From Methanothrix sp. (lineage in GTDB: Archaea > Halobacteriota > Methanosarcinia > Methanotrichales > Methanotrichaceae): a stretch of 64,000 nucleotides of DNA. Below the pieces are notes generated by a model, which was given only the letters and a program-made list of their open reading frames with translations, was not told the origin of the DNA and searched no databases. Of the stretch, positions 58,611-64,000 are shown in pieces. Location: NCBI GenBank assembly GCA_963682135.1, contig OY821645.1:512001-576000 (forward strand), written 5' to 3'. Position 1 is the stretch's first letter. Every line of letters begins with the position of its first letter. The position numbers were made by a program, and so were the translations under genes.

Positions 58611-59924
58611 TCATGCCTTCATGGCTCTATGTATGATCTTCTCATAGCGTTCCTCCAGCTCTGCCATGTCGCCTGCCGCGGTCTCGATGTAGAGCCTTAA
58701 GATGGGCTCGGTATTGCTGGGCCGGATGAGAACGCTGTAGCTATCGGTGGTGATCTTAAGTCCGTCCAATGTATTCGGCTCCATTCCGGCGAGGGCATCC
58801 TTTAGCCTCAGCATTACTCCAGCCGGATCCTCATTGAGGCGTATGCTGATCTGCTTATAGGGATATTCGGGTATCTCGTCCGCGAGAACAGAGAGCTTCT
58901 CGCCTTTGGAGATGATCTCGGCGATGGCCAGGCTCATGGCGAAGGGATCGTCCGAGTACTGGAATTCAGGCAGGAAGAAGTGGCCGCTGCGCTCAACACC
59001 TAAAACAGCATTCTCATTCTTCACCCGGTTGGCTACGAAGACATCGCCCACCCTCTCCCGTAATATCCTGATGCCGTCCTCTTGCAGTTCGCGTTCCAGC
59101 ATCATAGAGCAGTCAAATCCGGAGATGACCAGATCGTCGCGTTTGTATCTTCTCCTGGCTATGATGATGGCTACCTTCTCAGGCGGCAAAACCCGACCTA
59201 GGTCATCGATGATGATACCTCGATCTGCATCAGGATCAAATCCAACCCCAAAATCTGCCTGATTTTTTCGTACCTCCAGGCAGGCGGGCTGCAGGGACTC
59301 TTCATTGGGAGCCGGGCCGCGACCTGGGAAGTGGCCGTCCATGATGCCGTTGATCACAGAGCATTTTAAACCCAGTTTTTCATAAAATGAGGCCATTGTG
59401 CAGGCAGAACCGTTGCCCATGTCCAACACAACTCTCAGTGGGCGCTCTAAGTGTAGCTTATCTGCCACATAGCGGCGGTACTCGTCGATAGCTTCCCCAG
59501 AAGAACGATCCTCTACTCTTCCAATTCCCGAGAGAAAGCCGCCTTCTCGATAGTATTTCATAATGGACGACTCCTGGTAGAGCAGCCCATAGCCATCACC
59601 AGTTCTAAACCGCACGCCATTGTACTCCGGTGGGTTATGAGAGGCAGAGATGTAAGCTGCAGCTTTCAAGCCATTTTTGCGGGTAATATAGCTCAGAACG
59701 GCAATGGGAATTATGCCGTAGCTATACACCTGGCAGCCCGTTCTTAAAAGGCCTTCCAGGAAGGCCTTCTCCAGAGACGGGCCGCTGATTCGCGTATCCC
59801 TGCCCAAAGAGACACTGCCCCCTCCCGCAAAAGATCCGAAGGAGACACCCACTCGCCTGGCCAGATCCTCTGTCAAATCGGTGCCGTAGACACCTCGAAC
59901 ATCATAAGCTCTAAAGACGGTCAC
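58611..59924 (-). CDS. Phosphomannomutase/phosphoglucomutase
   Basis: FRAYDVRG, SASHNP, FDPDADR, ERSGH, RPSNTEP. Confidence 0.93.
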   Translation of the reverse strand: MTVFRAYDVRGVYGTDLTEDLARRVGVSFGSFAGGGSVSLGRDTRISGPSLEKAFLEGLLRTGCQVYSYGIIPIAVLSYITRKNGLKAAAYISASHNPPEYNGVRFRTGDGYGLLYQESSIMKYYREGGFLSGIGRVEDRSSGEAIDEYRRYVADKLHLERPLRVVLDMGNGSACTMASFYEKLGLKCSVINGIMDGHFPGRGPAPNEESLQPACLEVRKNQADFGVGFDPDADRGIIIDDLGRVLPPEKVAIIIARRRYKRDDLVISGFDCSMMLERELQEDGIRILRERVGDVFVANRVKNENAVLGVERSGHFFLPEFQYSDDPFAMSLAIAEIISKGEKLSVLADEIPEYPYKQISIRLNEDPAGVMLRLKDALAGMEPNTLDGLKITTDSYSVLIRPSNTEPILRLYIETAAGDMAELEERYEKIIHRAMKA

Positions 59925-60049
59925 GAGACTTCTTTAGACTCGAGCATTTAAATTATTTTCTGCCAGGCAGCGACTTGCCGGAACAATAGTGGAGCAATTA
60001 TAATCAACGCAAAAGGCTATAGGGGAAAAAATCATCCGTCTAAACTGAG

Positions 60050-60595
60050 ATGATTAAGAAGATGATTTCAATGCCATACGTCCTGGCGGCTGCAATCGCC
60101 TTCGCCATCCTCTTTGCTAATGCCGTCCAGGCAGAGGAGACAGATATGAAGAGTCTTGTTGTCAAATTGGGTTTTGACCGGTTTCCCGATGAATCTACCT
60201 GTCAGGGAATGGATGTATCGCCAATGATCGAGATTAAAGGGCTTAATGCCACATCCCTGGCCGTGATTATTGACGACCCGGACGCGCCCTCTGCCGTCTT
60301 CACTCACTGGCTTATCTGGAATATCCCGCCGACGGAAATCATTCCCAGGGCGATAGCCAAAAAAGCCAATATCAATGAGCCCTTCATCGCAGTGCAAGGC
60401 ACGAACGACTTTGGCGAGATTGGATATTCCGGCCCATGTCCGCCTTCCGGAAAGCCGCACAGATATTTCTTGCGTGTCTTTGGTTTGGACCGGATGCTTG
60501 ACCTTCCGGCGGGCGCCTTTGCCGCTGATTTGCAGAAGGCAATGAAAGGCCATGTGATGCAGAAGGGAGAAGCAATGGCAACCTACGGGAGGTGA
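60050..60595 (+). CDS. YbhB/YbcL (PEBP) family protein
   Basis: DDPDAP, FTHW, GYSGPCPP, HRYF. Confidence 0.93.
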   Translation: MIKKMISMPYVLAAAIAFAILFANAVQAEETDMKSLVVKLGFDRFPDESTCQGMDVSPMIEIKGLNATSLAVIIDDPDAPSAVFTHWLIWNIPPTEIIPRAIAKKANINEPFIAVQGTNDFGEIGYSGPCPPSGKPHRYFLRVFGLDRMLDLPAGAFAADLQKAMKGHVMQKGEAMATYGR

Positions 60596-60631
60596 TTCTC
60601 TCCTGCGGTCTTCCCTGATTTAAAAAATACC

Positions 60632-60671
60632 AAAAAAAGTAGGTGCGGCCCAACTCTTATGACCGCACCTA
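60632..60671 (-). terminator. Hairpin plus U-tract between convergent genes
   Basis: TAGGTGCGG (60640-48) / CCGCACCTA (60663-71) inverted repeat, followed on the minus strand by a T7 tract. Confidence 0.55.
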
Positions 60672-60691
60672 TGGTGAGACTTCCCCTTATC

Positions 60692-62710
60692 TTAAGGCTG
60701 ATTTATGATGGTTGCACCTTTTACCAGCCCGTTTATGAGTGAGAATCCAACACCATTAGCTCCCGGACTTATGGGCCTAATCTCTATCCCCCAATTCCCC
60801 TGAGCGGCATTTCTCAGGAAGTAGTAATCATAGTTCGAACCAATAAGGTGTATCACATTCCCATTATCTCCCTGGACAGGAAGAGCGCTTCCATTCGGCT
60901 GGATTAGAGTCATAGTGAAGCTTGCAGCATCCTTCCAGGAGAGACCAATCATCTCAGAGCGTTCCGAGATAGAGGGTTCTGTTTGGTATCCTGAGATGGC
61001 CTGACCTTCTAAGCCCAGCGATCTCACAAACTTCAAGGGTGATGCGCCCGGATATGCTACTGCGTTCTCCACCTTCAGCGTATTCAGAGCCGTAACCGAG
61101 CCGGCCCAGGGCAGTGTTATGGCCGTCCCGGCAGGAATTGTATAGGATTGGGCGGCTGGAATGGCACTGGCCGTGGGTGCGACATATGGCTGATAGTAGG
61201 GATAATAGGGCGTAGCATAGGGATAATACAGATACTGACAGACGCCATCAATGCATGTCTTACCTGGCGCGCAGACAACGGGTTTATGCAGGCATCCCCG
61301 GATCGAATCGCAATAGTCTACTGTGCAGGGATTGCCGTCGTCGCATTTCCAGGTACTGATACAGCTGCCGGTCTTGCTGTCGCATTTGTCGGATGTACAT
61401 GGGTTGCCGTCATCGCAGTTCTTGGGCGTATGCACGCATTTTCCATCCTTGCAGGTATCAATGGTGCAGGCATTGTGATCATCACAATTCATGGGCGTAT
61501 GCACACATGCGCTACCATTGAACGAATCGATGGTACAGGGATTTCCATCATCGCAATTTGTTGTAGTATTGTGGCAGACCCCTTCGAAGCAGTAATCGTA
61601 TGTGTTGGGATCTCCATCATCGCAATTTTTCGGTTTATGCTCGCATTCTTTGCCATTGAAAGTATCCTCTGTACAGAGATCATGATCATCGCAGCTCGGA
61701 TGATGAGCGGCTAAGGGCGCCTGGCTTGAGGATAGGTTAGTACTATTATTTTCGCTAGGGATGCTGACGCTATCCAGGGGCTTATTAATGCAAGCGCCGT
61801 CCATGCAGGAATCCAGAGTACTATCATTTCCGTCATCACAATTCAATGATGTATAAACGCAGTTTTCGCCATCATAGGAATCTGTTGTGCAGGGGTTGCC
61901 GTCATTGCATACCGGCAGCAATTCTTCTACTTCTACGACCTCTTGAGAATCATTGGTGGTCGTATTCTCTTCTGCAGCTTCATTTTTTATTTCTGATTCT
62001 ATGGGGCTGGGAGATTGCACTAATTCGGTCTTGCTGCTTTCTCCAAGCAATGGTATATTGATGCAACCCGATGAACTGCACTGGTCAGATGTGCTTGCAT
62101 TTCCGTCGTCGCAATTCACTGGATCGTGAACGCAGCCGTTAGCTCCGCAAGAATCCGTTGTGCAGGGACTTCCGTCATCGCAATTCACTGGATCGTGAAC
62201 ACAGCCGTTAGCTCCGCAAGAATCCGTTGTGCAGGGACTTCCGTCATCGCAATTCACTGGATTGTGAACGCAGCCGTTAGCTCCGCAAGAATCTGTTGTG
62301 CAGGGACTTCCGTCATCGCAATTCACTGGATTGTGAACGCAGCCGTTGGCTGCGTAAGAATCACTGGTACATGGGTTGTTATCATCACAACTTATGGGTG
62401 TGTTGACAGCTTCATTTGATGCAGAAACCCCCTGTGGCTTTTGAACTGGAGTCTCAGCATTTTTTGGGGTGCTGTTAGCGCCGCTGCCTAATGACACACC
62501 TGCCGCGGAATTTGCATTATCGCAGCTCTGAGGAATATGTTGACAGGTCGCGGCTTCGCACAAGTCCTTGGTACAGGGATTATTATCATCACAATCACTG
62601 CACTGGGCAGAAACCCAGCTTGATAATAATAGGAAACTTACAATAAATATGGCGAAAGATAAGCAGCGCTTATCTCTTCTCATTTGTTTATCCACACATT
62701 TCACTCCCAA
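60692..62710 (-). CDS. Secreted Cys-rich protein with CDDGNPCT-x-D-x-C repeats
   Basis: Signal peptide; many CDDxxxCTxDxC...C units; start may be 62683. Confidence 0.85.
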   Translation of the reverse strand: MGVKCVDKQMRRDKRCLSFAIFIVSFLLLSSWVSAQCSDCDDNNPCTKDLCEAATCQHIPQSCDNANSAAGVSLGSGANSTPKNAETPVQKPQGVSASNEAVNTPISCDDNNPCTSDSYAANGCVHNPVNCDDGSPCTTDSCGANGCVHNPVNCDDGSPCTTDSCGANGCVHDPVNCDDGSPCTTDSCGANGCVHDPVNCDDGNASTSDQCSSSGCINIPLLGESSKTELVQSPSPIESEIKNEAAEENTTTNDSQEVVEVEELLPVCNDGNPCTTDSYDGENCVYTSLNCDDGNDSTLDSCMDGACINKPLDSVSIPSENNSTNLSSSQAPLAAHHPSCDDHDLCTEDTFNGKECEHKPKNCDDGDPNTYDYCFEGVCHNTTTNCDDGNPCTIDSFNGSACVHTPMNCDDHNACTIDTCKDGKCVHTPKNCDDGNPCTSDKCDSKTGSCISTWKCDDGNPCTVDYCDSIRGCLHKPVVCAPGKTCIDGVCQYLYYPYATPYYPYYQPYVAPTASAIPAAQSYTIPAGTAITLPWAGSVTALNTLKVENAVAYPGASPLKFVRSLGLEGQAISGYQTEPSISERSEMIGLSWKDAASFTMTLIQPNGSALPVQGDNGNVIHLIGSNYDYYFLRNAAQGNWGIEIRPISPGANGVGFSLINGLVKGATIINQP
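62101..62348. repeat. 69-bp coding tandem repeat, about 3.6 copies
   Basis: Units start at 62101, 62170, 62239, 62308; encode CDDGSPCTTDSCGANGCVH(N/D)PVN. Confidence 0.92.
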
Positions 62711-62771
62711 TAAATTAATGAGTTCGTTTTATATCTAATTTTCGCTCATCGAAATCCAATATTTGATGAGA

Positions 62772-63935
62772 TCAAGAGAAAGAGCTTAGCGTAGTCTGTC
62801 GTGATTTGAGCTGCTCCTTTAGCAGGTCGCTTTGCTGGATGAATTTCTTGAGAGGCATCTGCAGCTTGCTGCAAATATACCATAAAGCACTCTTCATATC
62901 CTCAAAAGGTAAAGCAGTCTCTTGCATAGCATTTCTCACATTCTCCCTTACGTTAAAGACACCCAATGGCACATACCCGGAATAAGCTTCTCGCAAGATG
63001 ATCGCACCTGCCTGTTTCTTTTCACGGGCCAGAGCCTCCAAGACAGCCATTTTGCAGGAATAGTAGCATCCTCCCACTCGAGAATAGCCCTTCTTGCCTC
63101 CATTCTTCTCATAGTCTGAGAATATCAGCTCTTCATTTCCCAGGATACGCAAAAAGGCCTCCATCCACTCGTATTGCCATAGTGTAGGCAGGAGAAGGAC
63201 CGCATAATAATTGTTGAGACTGGAGAACTCTCTCACCTGGCAGCAATCGATGGTGTCGTATTCCCTGACCTCTTGCAGAAGCCGATTGCCCAGAATGCTG
63301 TCGCAGGCAGTGATGGACCAGCGGGTGGGAACCAGGCGTCGTCTCTTCCGGATGCCCATGGTTCCCATGGAGAATGCCTTCTGAATGCAGGAAAATGGCA
63401 TACCCTTCTGGTGCAAATCGACAACCGCGTCCCCTGCCAGTAGATCGCCGTCGTAATAGACCTTCTCTAAATTCGGCTCCCATTTGGCACTGCAGATTTC
63501 CAGCCGGTCCAAAGGTGCACTGGGGCCGAAGGGAGTATGCTCGTCACTAAATGACATGCCTTTCGGAGAGTGGGAAAACTGTGCTTCGCTCTCAATGGAG
63601 CAAGCAGATAGAGAAATATCTCGTAGCTTATCTATGTAGCGATCTTGTAGGCTTGTGACTCTGACGGATCTCTTGCCTCTGATCAGATTCAGCCGGTATC
63701 TTATGATCTCTTCCTGGGTCTTCTTCTCCGGTATCCACGACTCGGGCCGGTCCATGATAATGGTGTCTCCATGCACAGGTGCAATCATGGGACCGGCATA
63801 AACCTTAGGATAATTCCAGCTCCCAATGAAGACTGAGGGAGGTGAGCTGCCATCAAGATTTGTGCCTACCTCCTGAGAGGGAATATACATATTGGCCGTC
63901 AACTTCTTCAAATAGGCTTCTTTGCCTTTGATCAC
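62772..63935 (-). CDS. nreA: Archaeal Nre DNA repair protein
   Basis: [42 protein letters not shown]-terminal PIP box QTTLSSF. Confidence 0.9.
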   Translation of the reverse strand: MIKGKEAYLKKLTANMYIPSQEVGTNLDGSSPPSVFIGSWNYPKVYAGPMIAPVHGDTIIMDRPESWIPEKKTQEEIIRYRLNLIRGKRSVRVTSLQDRYIDKLRDISLSACSIESEAQFSHSPKGMSFSDEHTPFGPSAPLDRLEICSAKWEPNLEKVYYDGDLLAGDAVVDLHQKGMPFSCIQKAFSMGTMGIRKRRRLVPTRWSITACDSILGNRLLQEVREYDTIDCCQVREFSSLNNYYAVLLLPTLWQYEWMEAFLRILGNEELIFSDYEKNGGKKGYSRVGGCYYSCKMAVLEALAREKKQAGAIILREAYSGYVPLGVFNVRENVRNAMQETALPFEDMKSALWYICSKLQMPLKKFIQQSDLLKEQLKSRQTTLSSFS

Positions 63936-64000
63936 AATTGATGCCGTCTGACAAATTCCAATAAAAGCATAATGGACGCGGGGCGAAAGTGTTTTTTTGC

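Noticed and set aside
62101-62348. CRISPR array
   Set aside because: Contiguous 69-bp in-frame coding repeats with no unique spacers

Overview
Archaeal methanogen DNA, most like Methanothrix/Methanosarcinales (mfnA, cofH, aglJ, nreA, TRAM, ppsA). All family assignments come from my reading of sequence motifs, not from database searches. Bases 1-16.1 kb are the 3' end of an extracellular contractile injection system (eCIS)-type locus: baseplate genes, two DUF6519 fibre-like paralogues with different tips, and a DUF4157 effector with a putative Cys-His-Glu toxin domain. A decayed bacterial-type RAYT transposase fragment follows it. The rest is housekeeping backbone interrupted by small accessory islets. 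These include a solo cas4-like gene whose 3' end occurs three times with cargo between the copies, a convergent pair of stand-alone TIR genes, and four toxin-antitoxin modules. There is also an operon encoding a CHAT protease-STAND NTPase-TPR protein (frameshifted, GC-mosaic), a small Zn-ribbon protein and a 3-TM protein; this is the best candidate for an undescribed defence system. I saw no CRISPR array, tRNA or rRNA.
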